Shown here: piece after piece, positions 1 to 13,888 of the stretch
Layout: each line of letters opens with the position of its first letter
Position numbering within the stretch: the first letter of the stretch is position 1
Assembly (NCBI GenBank): GCA_030141605.1
Contig: JAQGDQ010000706.1
Coordinates: 1 to 64,000, forward strand
DNA length: 64,000 nucleotides
DNA from: Tubiluchus corallicola
Taxonomy: Eukaryota; Animalia; Priapulida
Direction of reading: 5' to 3'
The notes under the pieces: model-generated
Seen by the model: the letters and a program-made list of their open reading frames with translations, nothing else
Told to the model about the DNA's origin: nothing
Database searches by the model: none
Made by a program: the position numbers and the translations under genes

Positions 1-1991
1 ACCAAAGTCACGATACGATACGTATCGCGATACTAACCTCATGATTATGATACGTATCGCGATACTAACCTCATGATATGATACGTAGCACGATACGCAT
101 TGAGTTCATGTTTGCAGGCTTTAATAAAAAAAACTAGATTAAGCTGTTGATATATTATATGTATATATTAGATTTATGAAACAATTTTAAAATTGTTAAG
201 TGCTAAAATAATTCAGCAAACTGTTTGATTTCTGTTTATGCTCTTGTATTATTTGCATTTTAAGCCACCAGAAATGCAAAACATTTCAAAACTTTTTGAT
301 TTAAAATATCCTGGTGCATTTTCTAGTTCACATTTGCTACAAACCATTTCAGAAACTTATAAGCAAAAACATAATTAGCTTACTATACATTATTATAAAC
401 ACATTGGGCTTTCAACTGCTTTGCTTTGTCTGGCTGCTAGCAGCAGGTCTACCTGTGTAAAGCTGCATATATGTGCTGCACTCATTGCACTGATTGTAGC
501 TCTACAGCTGTAACTTGAATTATTTCATGCTGTTTTTATCAGCGGACAGTCTAGCTTGTGCTAAATATCAACGATTCACATTATCGCGATACTGGTGCAT
601 TTTGACGATACACGTATCGTTACAAAAGGTATCACGATGCGTCGATGTATCATTACAGGCCTAATAATTTGCTTGATTTTCAACCTACTTATGATTAAAT
701 TTGTTATTTGGCGTGTAACATATGTTGTGTTATTTACAGCCACGCCACTGCAACAGTTGATATTACGCCAAAAGGCTTATTGGAGAATAATGCGTCGGTT
801 ACGTGAGCAGAAGGAAAAAGGTGGGTCTTGATATTTAGTGATTTGCACTGTCTGTAGCGGCTTGCTGCTCGGAATGCGTTGGCGAGTGTCCCAGGGATGA
901 GAATTTTCCCCGGATACGCGGAATTCCGAGTTTTTAGAAGACCAGTAGTGCCATTTTTGTAAATCGCATAAATTCGTTGAAAAATTTTTTACGGACCCAG
1001 TACATTATTTCACAAGCTGACCGCTAGTTGGCAGGCCGTCACTTTGTTTACATCATGTACATCAGTGTAACCACGTGTATATCTCTATGTATAGAAATAT
1101 AGAATCAATTGCGTGCAGTTATTTGAGTCAATTGCAGACAGTTTTTATATACTTTTGCATAGGAGCGGCCAGTACTTAGGCATTTTTGAGACAATTAGGT
1201 ATCATGTTTCCTTGATAGTTGGGTATTTTAAATTATGCATGAAACAAGGTAATTGATATTTTAAGTCCGCTTAGAGGTTCTCTATGTTCCCAAAATTGCA
1301 ATTTGTTGCTTCGCCCCCTTGAACCCCATTGGGGGCCTATGTGGCCCCAGCCTGTTTCAGTTTTTTGCAATTTGCCATTCTCATCCCTGGAGTGTCCCAT
1401 AATATGTTCAATGGTGAGTATATGTAAGGCCGCAATGATTTTATGTTAATCACAAATTCAATTTGTAAAGTTAACTGAATAATTGTTTATTCCACTGTCA
1501 AAACATCAGTTACTATGTCAAAATCCACTCGGCTAATTAATGTCTCATTAAGTCACAAAAAATGTCATAAAGCATGATGTGATGCCAGCATGACTCCTGC
1601 CAACGTGTTAAGTAGATGGCAGCACCATACACATAGTGTTATTATGGTATTAATTTACACCCTCCATCCTCACATTGTGATGGTTAAATCCATTACGAAG
1701 CCATGGCATATCAGCATTGCATAGCGGTTATAGGTAGCTAGTATGGAATGGTCTCGTCGGATGGAAAGGTGTGATTAACTTCTCAGCACCTGTTCCATAG
1801 AACTAGGATGGAACTGTCACTAACAAATAAAATGCACGCTTTTGGATTTCAGTTCATATTGCAGTGGTTTCCTGAAGCTTGAAGCAGCATTTGGTTTGTG
1901 TAAAATTTTAAATTAGCTTGTTTGGCTGTACATGGCTTCACTTGTCTGGCTGTACATGGCTTCACTTGTTTGGCTATACATTGTTTCACTT
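1..1991. repeat. Left arm of ~2-kb inverted duplication (pairs with ~4337-6326)
   Basis: Reverse-complement match; no mismatches seen in spot checks of 664-1980. Confidence 0.93.
892..1389. mobile_element. hAT-type MITE family A (mirror copy 4939-5436)
   Basis: TIR cagggatgagaat; perfect 8-bp TSD gagtgtcc. Confidence 0.88.
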
Positions 1992-2570
1992 CGAGGAAAA
2001 GAGCGGAGACAGGATTGGCAGGATTCCAAACTGTAACTAGATTTTAAGGAAAAGATTTTAGATTTAAGGAAGAAATACGCCTACGCTTCGAGGAGAAAGA
2101 GCGGAGACAGGATTGGCAGGATTCCAAACTGTAACTAGATTTTAAGGAAAAGATATTAGATTTAAAGAAGAAATACGCCTACGCTTCGAGGGAAAAAGAG
2201 CGGAGACAGGATTGGCAGGATTCCAAACTGTAACTAGATTTTAAGGAAAAGATTTTAGATTTAAGGAAGAAATACGCCTACGCTTCGAGGGGAAAAGAGC
2301 GGAGACAGGATTGGCAGGATTCCAAACTGTAACTAGATTTTAAGGAAAAGATTTTAGATTTAAGGAAGAAATACGCCTACGCTTCGACGGGAAAAGAGCG
2401 GAGACAGGATTGGCGGGATTCCAAACTGTAACTAGATTTTAAGGAAAAGATTTTAGATTTAAGGAAGAAATACGCCTACGCTTCGAGGGGAAAAGAGCGG
2501 AGACAGGATTGGCAGGATAGGATTCCAAACTGTAACTAGATTTTAACGAAAAGATTTTAGATTTCAAGAA
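1989..2570. repeat. 99-bp tandem repeat, ~6 copies
   Basis: gcggagacagg recurs at 2003, 2101, 2200, 2299, 2398, 2497. Confidence 0.95.
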
Positions 2571-3173
2571 CAAACTTCTGGCTACTTTCTTTCGAACAAC
2601 ATTAAGGCTGTAAATAATTACTGGAGAAGGGAGGAAGAGAAAGAGGATGAGATGGAGAGCCAGACAGGGGGAGAGAGAAAGGAGAGACAGCAGGAGTGGG
2701 AGAGAATAGGGACGAAAAAGTGACAGAAGAGGGAGAGTGAGTAGGGTAGAGAAGAAGCGAGGAAGAGAGCGATAAGGCGAAAGGGAAAGGTGAGCAAGAA
2801 AAGTAGATGCAAAAAAAAGAGAAGAGTCCCTATCCTCTTTATCCTACTAAAATACCTGATCTGGCAATTAAGAATGTTAACTGTTATTTTTCTGTTAAAA
2901 AATCTTTCTGGTAAATATTTTTTTGTGGGAAACACCTTTTCCAGAAAACACCTTTTCTGTGAAACACTTTTTCCGGGAAATGCGCCTAAACCATTTCTAG
3001 TGACGGACAAGCAGAGGAGCTGATGCCATCATCTTGTCACGCCTTCCAAAATTAACTGTATTATTTTTATCGGCTTATTAATTTACTATAGTATAAAAAA
3101 GCAAACTAGGCAATAGAAATAGACTAGATTATTTTGAAAAACAGTCAAGTACAAATGCAAAGTCACTAACAGG

Positions 3174-3522
3174 TAGGGGTGAGCATCAAAAATTCGAATT
3201 CGATTCGAACGAGTTTTTTTTGTTCAAACTCGATTCGAATCCAAAACTATAGATTCGAATAATTCAGCACTTCAATCACATATGTTCTTTACCACTAAAA
3301 TGATTGAAACATCATGCAATTAGCATAATTTAGCTGTGATTTCTGCACACAATTTTAAAGAAATTACTAGCCGTTTTATAGCAGAACAAAATCTAGTGAT
3401 ATGCATGATCTTTGTAAGACTAATTTTTACTGGTGGTTCGAAAACTTGTTCGAAAATCTTTCGATCTCAATTCGAAACACTGAAATTCGAATTCGCTTTC
3501 TGGTAGAGAATGCTCACCCCTA
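3174..3522. mobile_element. hAT-type MITE family B
   Basis: TIR taggggtgagcat; perfect 8-bp TSD ctaacagg; TTCGAA-rich subtermini. Confidence 0.9.
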
Positions 3523-3776
3523 CTAACAGGACAAACCAAAACTGCAAGGATTTAAGCAAAATAAACTATTTTATTGAAAACAGTAAAGAAGTTTCATGGC
3601 AACAGACTCACAGCTTAAGGTTGTAATGTTACAGCTGGATTACAATAGGGAAGGTCAGATTGGGCGGAGGCTAACAGTTAAGTAGTAATGCCTACGTCAC
3701 AAGTCGGATGTAACCAAAGTGACAGAGGGGAGTGTTGACACAACTGAAGCCATAGTGCCCTTACATAAATATTTAC

Positions 3777-3884
3777 CTGTTTCGCATCCTTCATTTCCAG
3801 GTGCACACGAGCAGTTGTAATTACCATCACCCTTGGAACATGTTGAGTTGTTCTGACAAGTTTTAGACGCACATTTAATGATTC
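3777..3884 (-). CDS. Divergent gene exon 4, EGF (IIKCASKTCQNNSTCSKGDGNYNCSCAPGNEGCET)
   Basis: tatag| ... G|gtaaat on - strand; no further exon found in window. Confidence 0.85.
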
Positions 3885-3927
3885 CTATAATTTTTCAAAA
3901 AAATACGATTTTAAAAATTGCATCGTG

Positions 3928-4411
3928 CAAGTGAAGCCATGTACAGCCAGACAAGTGAAGCCATGTATAGCCAAACAAGTGAAGCCATGTACAAAAAAAA
4001 ACAAGTGAAGCCATGTACAGCCAGACAAGTGAAGCCATGTACAGCCAGACAAGTGAAGCCATGTACAAAAAACAAGTGAAGCCATGTATAGCCAAACAAG
4101 TGAAACCATGTATAGCCAAACAAGTGAAACCATGTATAGCCAAACAAGTGTAGCCATGTACAGCCAGACAAGTGAAGCCATGTATAGCCAAACAAGTGAA
4201 GCCATGTACAAAAAAACAAGTGAAGCTATGTACAGCCAGACAAGTGAAGCCATGTACAGCCAGACAAGTGAAGCCATGTACAAAAAACAAGTGAAGCCAT
4301 GTATAGCCAAACAAGTGAAACCATGTATAGCCAAGCAAGTGAAACCATGTATAGCCAAACAAGTGAAGCCATGTACAGCCAGACAAGTGAAGCCATGTAC
4401 AGCCAAACAAG
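3928..4411. repeat. 24-bp minisatellite (acaagtgaagccatgtacagccag), ~20 copies
   Basis: Direct observation. Confidence 0.95.
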
Positions 4412-6326
4412 CTAATTTAAAATTTTACACAAACCAAATGCTGCTTCAAGCTTCAGGAAACCACTGCAATATGAACTGAAATCCAAAAGCGTGCATTTTA
4501 TTTGTTAGTGACAGTTCCATCCTAGTTCTATGGAACAGGTGCTGAGAAGTTAATCACACCTTTCCATCCGACGAGACCATTCCATACTAGCTACCTATAA
4601 CCGCTATGCAATGCTGATATGCCATGGCTTCGTAATGGATTTAACCATCACAATGTGAGGATGGAGGGTGTAAATTAATACCATAATAACACTATGTGTA
4701 TGGTGCTGCCATCTACTTAACACGTTGGCAGGAGTCATGCTGGCATCACATCATGCTTTATGACATTTTTTGTGACTTAATGAGACATTAATTAGCCGAG
4801 TGGATTTTGACATAGTAACTGATGTTTTGACAGTGGAATAAACAATTATTCAGTTAACTTTACAAATTGAATTTGTGATTAACATAAAATCATTGCGGCC
4901 TTACATATACTCACCATTGAACATATTATGGGACACTCCAGGGATGAGAATGGCAAATTGCAAAAAACTGAAACAGGCTGGGGCCACATAGGCCCCCAAT
5001 GGGGTTCAAGGGGGCGAAGCAACAAATTGCAATTTTGGGAACATAGAGAACCTCTAAGCGGACTTAAAATATCAATTACCTTGTTTCATGCATAATTTAA
5101 AATACCCAACTATCAAGGAAACATGATACCTAATTGTCTCAAAAATGCCTAAGTACTGGCCGCTCCTATGCAAAAGTATATAAAAACTGTCTGCAATTGA
5201 CTCAAATAACTGCACGCAATTGATTCTATATTTCTATACATAGAGATATACACGTGGTTACACTGATGTACATGATGTAAACAAAGTGACGGCCTGCCAA
5301 CTAGCGGTCAGCTTGTGAAATAATGTACTGGGTCCGTAAAAAATTTTTCAACGAATTTATGCGATTTACAAAAATGGCACTACTGGTCTTCTAAAAACTC
5401 GGAATTCCGCGTATCCGGGGAAAATTCTCATCCCTGGGACACTCGCCAACGCATTCCGAGCAGCAAGCCGCTACAGACAGTGCAAATCACTAAATATCAA
5501 GACCCACCTTTTTCCTTCTGCTCACGTAACCGACGCATTATTCTCCAATAAGCCTTTTGGCGTAATATCAACTGTTGCAGTGGCGTGGCTGTAAATAACA
5601 CAACATATGTTACACGCCAAATAACAAATTTAATCATAAGTAGGTTGAAAATCAAGCAAATTATTAGGTCTGTAACGATACATCAATGCATCGTGATACC
5701 TTTTGTAACGATATGGATATCATCAAAATGCACCAGTATCGCAATAATGCGAATCGTTGATATTTACCACAAGTTAGACTGTCCGCTGATAAAAACATGT
5801 GAAATAATTTAAGTTACAGCTGTAGAGCTACAATCAGTGCAATGAGTGCAGCACATATAGGCAGGTTTACACAGAAAGACCTGCTGCTAGCAGCCAGACA
5901 AAGCAAAGCAGTTGAAAGCCCAATGTGCTTATAATAATGTATAGTAAAGCTAATTATGTTTTTGCTTATAAGTTTCTGAAATGGTTTGTAGCAAATGTGA
6001 ACTATAAAAAGCACCAGGATATTTTAAATCAAAAAGTTTTGAAATGTTTTGCATTTCTGCTGGCTTACAATGTAAATAATACAAGAGCATAAACAGAAAT
6101 TAAACAGTTTGTTGAATTATTTTAGCACTTAACATTTTAAAATTGTTTGATAAATCTAATATATACATATAATATATCAACAGCTTAATCTAGTTTTTTT
6201 ATTAAAGCCTGCAAACACGAACTCAATGCGTATCGTGATACGTATCATAATCATGAGGTTAGTATCGCGATACGTATCATAATCATGAGGTTAGTATCGC
6301 GATACGTATCGTATCGTGACTTTGGT
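4337..6326. repeat. Right arm of inverted duplication
   Basis: Reverse complement of 1-1991. Confidence 0.93.
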
Positions 6327-6343
6327 GTATCGTTACAGCTCTA
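5665..6343. mobile_element. hAT-type MITE (diverged copy at <1-663)
   Basis: TIR tag..ctgtaacgatac / gtatcgttacagctcta; 8-bp TSD caaattat / caaattac. Confidence 0.85.
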
Positions 6344-7290
6344 CAAATTACGTATTTTTGCTTGGACCCTGACAATACCTTGTAAAACCAACTGCTTGTA
6401 CACTTTCACAGGAACAACACTATGAGTTTAATTGCTCTATGCTAAGAAATTAAGTTACACACATGTTTTGAAGTAATCACAAAATGTTTCATTTTATATT
6501 TTATTATATTTTATTTTTAATTCAATATTACAGAAAAAGTAAAAGACGTGGCGATTTCTTCGCTTTCGATACGCAGACTAAAAAACGTGCTCAATTCTGA
6601 TTGGCTGACCTACTAAATGCATACAATGAAGCCAAGTTTTACAGGCAATTCTAAATAAGTACAACCTTGGATTAAAGGGCAAGCGGAGAGAAATCTTCCG
6701 AACACCACATAATTATCTCTGTCCGGTAATCGGCTCATAGTGTTCAAACTATCCAGGAATATCATTTTAATTTATTCATACAGAGCAGAAAAAGGCAATG
6801 GAGTATATAGTTATAATAATTATAATTATAATGCTCTAGAAAAACAAAAGAAGTGTAATTGGGGTCCACCAAAAATTACTTTCCATTGAAATGCGTGAAA
6901 ATATATCTCATAAAAAATCTCGTCAATCCATTGCAATTTGAACTCAAATCCAAATGCGTGATCTTTGCTTACTGACTGTTGTTCTTAGGAATTGAAATTC
7001 ACCCATTCTTCCTGCTTGTACATCCGATTTTCTCAAACAGCTAATCAACATTTGACAACACAGAAGAGCCTTTATTTTTTTGTCCAGATATTTGCTCATT
7101 ACAATTTACAGAGTCTTCTTCTCATCGTAAAACAAAAAGTTCTCAAACTTATCAACAGTAGCTTGTTGTTCTAATTTTTGTTAAATAGGTAACCTATATA
7201 AGTAACCTAGATACATAAGATATTCATCTACAATACATTTACTAAATCAGCAGATATTTCTGCAGTAAACAGTGAGCAAAGCGTAAGACC

Positions 7291-8008
7291 CAATGGTTCC
7301 TAACCTTTTACTAGCCAAGACCCTTTCGAAATTCAACGATCTGCCGCGTACCCCTTAATATTTTGAGTTAGCATACCCGTTAGCAATATGAGTTTCAAGA
7401 AAACATGTTTTATGACTATTGTGCAGTTTAATTTGGATTTAATTTGGAAAAAAGCCCTTATTCTCAGTTTACACATGTATTCATTGATAGTATTCTCTCT
7501 ACTTAATACTCCTTCTTAAAACCCTTATTTTCAATTTATTCATTTCCAAACTCAAGAACAAAATGCAAGGTAAAAGACGATCGGATGTCAAACCGGAAGA
7601 CGCACTTGCAATCGAATTGTGAAGTAGCCTCCATGCTGGCTTTTCCGAAATCCGCCAACCTCGCGATCTGCCAATGCATTTGCTGCAGCAATCGTCTATT
7701 CTACTAATAAATTAACCCCGTTATTATGCCAGGCAGTGCACTGTGAATTACCCGTAAAACGCTACTGTGTTGGAAAAACAATGACCTTTCAAAATACAAA
7801 CAATCTTGTTTAAAGATTTAAATCTTGTAGCAAACTCTTTCTACATGCCACGAAGCCGTTACTCCCATAAAATTCATACTCGGTACATGTACGCTGTTCG
7901 GCAAAAAACAACATACTGACATGTTACACGACACCACTTTCACATAACCCCTGGTTTACCTGTTTCACACCTCCAAGGAATACTCGTGCCCCAGGTTAGG
8001 AACCATTG
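7291..8008. mobile_element. hAT (Charlie-like) non-autonomous element
   Basis: 16-bp TIR caatggttcctaacct / aggttaggaaccattg. Confidence 0.75.
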
Positions 8009-8158
8009 GTCTAACCTAACCTAAATTCACTTACAATAACCATACCCTATGTAACAATTTATCAGAAAAAACTCAAGTAAAAGAAGTCAAGTAACGTCAC
8101 ACCTTCTAGACAGGCACAGGAAGAGAAGAGAATAAAGTTAACAGGCGGAAAAGATTAC

Positions 8159-8272
8159 CTGTTTGACAGTTGTATCCCCCATATCCAGATGCACACGAAC
8201 AATTATAAAAATCAACGTCTTCAAAACATGTTGCACCATTTTGACAAGGTTCAGACATACATTCATCAATTT
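8159..8272 (-). CDS. Divergent gene exon 3, calcium-binding-type EGF (IDECMSEPCQNGATCFEDVDFYNCSCASGYGGYNCQT)
   Basis: tttag| ... G|gtaat on - strand. Confidence 0.92.
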
Positions 8273-9210
8273 CTAAAATTAAAGAACGAAATCATTAATA
8301 AACAAGCTTGACTCGAACCATTGGTTGAGACTCAAGATGGTGGATCAAAATGTGGTGCCTCCAATAAACACAAATTCGTTCTGCCACGTCGTTTTCACAC
8401 GTTTAAGTTTCTGTTCAAGTTTTACATTTTTTAGAAAATTACATCAATGCTGCCACCTTGAAATCATGATGGCAAATCGAATGCAGAATTCATCCTAGTA
8501 CATTCTTATATTCATGACGATCCATTGTGAAAATGATGTTGTCGCTGCTATCTTAAATTCGAAATGCCTGATCGAAAATCAGACTCTGCCGGTCAGTGCG
8601 TGATTTGTTCTAGTATAATCTATAGTTTCGTGGAGATCTGTTGTAAACTGGCTGAGCCTCGGGCTTTTTTTTGAAAATGACGTTATTGCCACCATCTGCA
8701 ATTCAAAATGGTAGATCAAAAATCCGACTCCCTCAATCAGTGAAGAATTTGTTCCAGTATCTTCCTATAAATAATCATGGTGACGTGCTGTGAATCGGCA
8801 GAACCTTACACTGTTTTCATAAGCGGCATTATTGCCGCCATCTTGAATTCAAATTGCCACCATCTTGAATTCAAATTGGCAGATCAAAAATCTGGCTCTG
8901 TCAGTTGATGCAGAATTTGTTCTAGTACATTCAGGATCTGAAGTTTTGCAACAATCCACTGTAAATTCACGGAGCCTATAGTTCACATAAGTTACAAAAG
9001 TTTTTTCTGACGGGGCAAGTGTTTACATTGCACGATAACCAGACGACGCCATTCTTCATTCAAAATGAGAGCACCTAAGTGTGAAGTGATCGCAACTATA
9101 AATTGATTTTATTAATCGCACGACGACTTATCAAATTTTATTGCAGACATTATAAGTTTTCAAATATTAAAATATTGCAAACTTCCTGAGAGACTTGGCT
9201 TTTTCTTTAA

Positions 9211-9894
9211 AGCACAAGAGAACTCTCCACTTACATAAAGCTTAACAAAACCATCTTGAAATTTTATACCACTTACATACTGCCTTTTTGCATACAGGGC
9301 TGCGTCGACAGTAATGCTGTATAACACATGTAAATTTAAATGCTGTTAGATGCAGCCATTTTGACGATAAATCGTTTGAAACAAGTTTAGATAACATTGT
9401 GTAAAGTTTGAAAAAATAAGAAGAGCATTCGTAGCGCACGCATCACTAAGTAAGTAAAATTTTAACTTACTGTATCTTGTCAATACTTAAGATTAAAAAT
9501 CTGTTTTTGGTTGGTGAGTGGTGCCCCCCTGAGGTGAGTCGATGGCATCTTACATATTGGTGAAAGTGAAAACATTTTAAATAATTAACAATTTTCTTTT
9601 CTAGTTACGTGAGTCTTTCGAGCAGGTAAGCGAAATGCTAAGTAATATAATTTTACATTTGGGACGGTTTTTTGGGACATACTTTTGTATCTCCTTTTCT
9701 TCTCTCATTTATGTTGTGCGTAGATGACATCATGCAATGGCGCGGTCAGAAAAGTGTTGCCGGAGATTTAAAATGAAAACAAACAAAAAATCCTTTCAAT
9801 ACGAGTACGATATATGCATAAAATTTCTATAAAATAGTATAATTTTTAACGCGATTTTTCTGAGCCTTACTTCAGGTACCCCTTTTCTTGTCCT
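9211..9894. mobile_element. TTAA-flanked (Kolobok-like) non-autonomous element
   Basis: ttaa|agcacaaga ... tcttgtcct|ttaa; second copy at 31136-31815. Confidence 0.75.
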
Positions 9895-10085
9895 TTAAAT
9901 CTTCGTTCATTCAGTCGTCCTCCCTGCCTTACAAAAAGAATTTCTCATTCAACACCCTTACGATTTCGGTGTAATATTTTCTGCAATAATATCATTAGAA
10001 GCACTAGAACCTCCTGCTTTTAATTCGCTTACAAATCAGAATTACAGTACAGATGTTTACAATATGGTTAGCAGCCCTACGTTAC

Positions 10086-10205
10086 CTGTATCGCACCAGG
10101 CACCAGTAAAACCTGGCAAGCAAACACAGTGAAAAAGGTCTCCAGTCTTTGATTTGCAGGTACCACCGTTCTCACAAGGTTTAACACAGGTAGGAGCACT
10201 CGTAT
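10086..10205 (-). CDS. Divergent gene exon 2, EGF (TCVKPCENGGTCKSKTGDLFHCVCLPGFTGAWCDT)
   Basis: tttag| ... G|gtaac on - strand, phase 1-1. Confidence 0.9.
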
Positions 10206-11396
10206 CTAAATACAACAAAAACAGAAGCAGTGACACTGCAGCAAATTGAAAATTGTTAAGTGCACTAATGCGCCAAACACTGTATCTGAATATAGAGCCT
10301 AGAGAACTTAATTACTATGCTGCAAGTGTCAAAGTCAAGTGTGCTTTATTTGTATTACAGTAAGCATCGCTTAACAGACTCATTTGGGGATGGAAGTGTT
10401 TTGACCCAATTAGCCAACTGAGTCAACTAGCTGACGGATGTAGCCTATTTTTTTTATTACTACTATAGTGAGTCAAGATATCACCTTAGTATACGTATGC
10501 GTTGCAACGGCTTTTAATTAATGTCGAAATTCCGACATTAACATAGTCAAAATTCCCATGTGCAAGTGTTTAAGACTACTAATTTATATACGTGAATTAA
10601 TAAAAAAGAAAATAAAGAAATCACACAAATCTAATTATTACTAGAGCCCTGAGCCGCGCCATTTCAGTTGAGCTCCGGCCAGTTTATTTCTACAGTCGAC
10701 CTAGCCAATTAGAAACCCAGCTTTAGTTGCTCCAGCTGCTCAGCGATGGGAGTTGAGCTAACCAACTAGAAACAGGCGAAGCAATAGACCAACACACTTG
10801 ATGTCAATTATGAAATGTGGCTTAAGGTAACATGATAAAATGTCAGTCAAAACATGACACCAGTAGGCACTATACTGTACACGCAAGCTAGTTTATAATG
10901 TAGGATCAGTAATTATAGATTTTTGTACTCGATTAGAGTGGCTGCATTAACTATCTTGCTAACGGTAAGTACTTTTTTGCCGCTTGCAAAAATTGCTTTA
11001 ACTGAGATGACTGCAGTCATTGTGTTGTTAGCCATACACATTTAAGGAGGTTGACTTTAATAACTTTCAGTTCTTCGCCTTTAAATAAACCAGTCAACAC
11101 TGCATCAAGTTTAGTAATTTATTAATCGTCATATCATTTTGTTTTTTAAACAAATATCATTGATTGTTGTGTTAAATATATTGTGATAAGGGATAAATTT
11201 ATAAACTACTTGCATATTCTAATTATAGATATTTTTTGAGATTTGTAAGTTGTAATTTTACAGTCATATCATAAATGGAAATATTTTTATTCCTAAGCAT
11301 TCACAATTAGTTGCACAGTTAACTTTAAGTAGGCCTAAATACCTGGTAAAGATTAATTTGAACCATAAATATTTTAGGACTAATTATGTCCTGTAC

Positions 11397-11478
11397 CTTT
11401 ATGAATTAAAAGAAAGATGATGGCAAAATGCAGCGTGAAGTGACTGCAAGACCACAAGTTTATAAACACTAACTTCAT
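11397..11478 (-). CDS. Divergent EGF-repeat gene, exon 1: signal-peptide-like MKLVFINLWSCSHFTLHFAIIFLLIHK
   Basis: ATG at 11478, hydrophobic stretch, phase-1 donor G|gtacag matching the downstream EGF exons. Confidence 0.7.
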
Positions 11479-12518
11479 TGCAAGGTTTCAGAAATTTCGA
11501 GGAAGATTTCGCAGGCTGCAGACATCAGATTACCGTTTACACATGCCACCACATGTTAAAAGGCACGAGCTGTAGCACGCTGTACAGAGGAGATTAATAC
11601 TCATACTATACGGTAGTACGGTACCGTGCTGACTGCATTAAACTACAAGTATCCAAATTCCTATTGACAAATTACTATACAGAAGTCAGTGTGACAATTC
11701 TGCAAATTAAAATTAGATAACGACAGACGATTATTAAAGAAGCAAGCTCGTGAAAAGCAAATTGACATTCTACGAAAAAGAAGTAATATCGGTTGAACAC
11801 TCGGAAGTTTTCGAGATTCGTATGCACTACCATTTTAATGCACACTACACACTATCACAGATTTAGGTCAACAGCCGAACAGCGTCTGCTACATGTCGCT
11901 AATTTCTGTCAATGAAGGCGCATCTGTCAACAAACAAAATGATTTTGGACCAGGTGCCCGACTTCCTTACTGTTTCTCATTATAGTCCAATCCCCACGGG
12001 CATTGGCAAGAATCTGGCACCTCATGTAAGTTTTTGTTACTTACGGGTCTGTAGTTTAAAAAAAGCGTTTGGAATTTTTTCAAATAACGTTCAGGTCATC
12101 TAAATATTCAAGAGAATTAAGTGAGTATAAGAGTTGATTCAAATTAATTTCACTTGGTGTTGTCACTCTCAAATTTTGACAAAAGGTACGTTACGCTACT
12201 AAAAAGTTTTTAGAGCTTATTTTCAATTCGCAAATTGGCAATTTAATTGTGTTCACTCAAATCTCAGTGGAAAGTATCCCTGTTGTAGTTCAATTACTCT
12301 CAGCACTAATTCATTTCCTGTACAATGATCAAGGTCAAATTAACATAATCCATGCTTACATAATTATATGAAATTTGAGAAAACTCTATTGTAGTTGATA
12401 AAGAACCGGTCACTCAGTTTAAGGTAAAAAAACCTGAACTGAGAGTTGACCTGGGAAAGTAGTGACCACATTTATTATAAAGTTCGTTTTCATTGCAATA
12501 TCTTTTTTACTGAAGTCA

Positions 12519-13192
<674 letters not shown>

Positions 13193-13788
13193 CCTTTGTA
13201 TGTTAAAATGGCATTTTGTGGTGTGGCTAAAATGATTTCGAAATTGAACGCTTGATGCTTACCCATATTTAACAGGTAGAATTTTATCCATGCTTAAGGC
13301 ATATTAATTTTAGTTGTATTTGTGAATACAAATAAAATTTGGCTAATTTAGCGTGCTATCAGGAGGCTTGCGTTCTATCGCCTGAATTTCTGAAGCAGTA
13401 CACTTGATTTTCCTAATGAATTAATTGATGTCATGATTATCGCAGATTCTGTCCAGAGATGTTTCTGGTGCAAAATTGCAGATATCAATTTTTTGTACAC
13501 TATTAAAAATTTTAGATGTTAAGAGACTCGAGACACGATACTCGGTTGATTCACTTTTAATGATAGTGAAAATGTGCAGTATCTTTGTTATTGTTTCGTT
13601 GCAGGATCTATGACGAGCATAAATTTTTTTTAATGATGTGCAGAAAATAGTTAGATAATGCTGCCACTAGATAGCGCTGCCAGTTTACCTGACAACTGAC
13701 GCGGCTACGTTCTGCTTTCTTGGATTGTTAACACGTGAATTTAATTAAGTTTGGGGATTTTATTATTTTCGTTGCAGAAAAATTAATA

Positions 13789-13888
13789 ATGTTGTGGAAT
13801 TTCTGCACCTGTGAGTTAAGACAAAGATATGTAATCGTGCTTTTATTAAACGGTGTCTTGATATTTCATATTGTTGGCACCAGCGCTG
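13789..13888 (+). CDS. Exon 1, signal peptide [33 protein letters not shown]
   Basis: Acceptor ttgcag just upstream of ATG, hydrophobic core, phase-1 donor G|gtgaga. Confidence 0.75.

Noticed and set aside
2618-3023. Hydrophobic 130-aa and 77-aa ORFs
   Set aside because: They arise from the purine/pyrimidine-skewed low-complexity tract and show no recognisable motif.
3885-4479. Overlapping 100-170 aa ORFs on both strands
   Set aside because: They are translations of the 24-bp minisatellite.
11533-11604. Cys-rich candidate first exon on the - strand (MSINLLCTACYSSC...)
   Set aside because: Its best donor is phase 2, incompatible with the phase-1 EGF exons; the 11478 ATG exon fits better.
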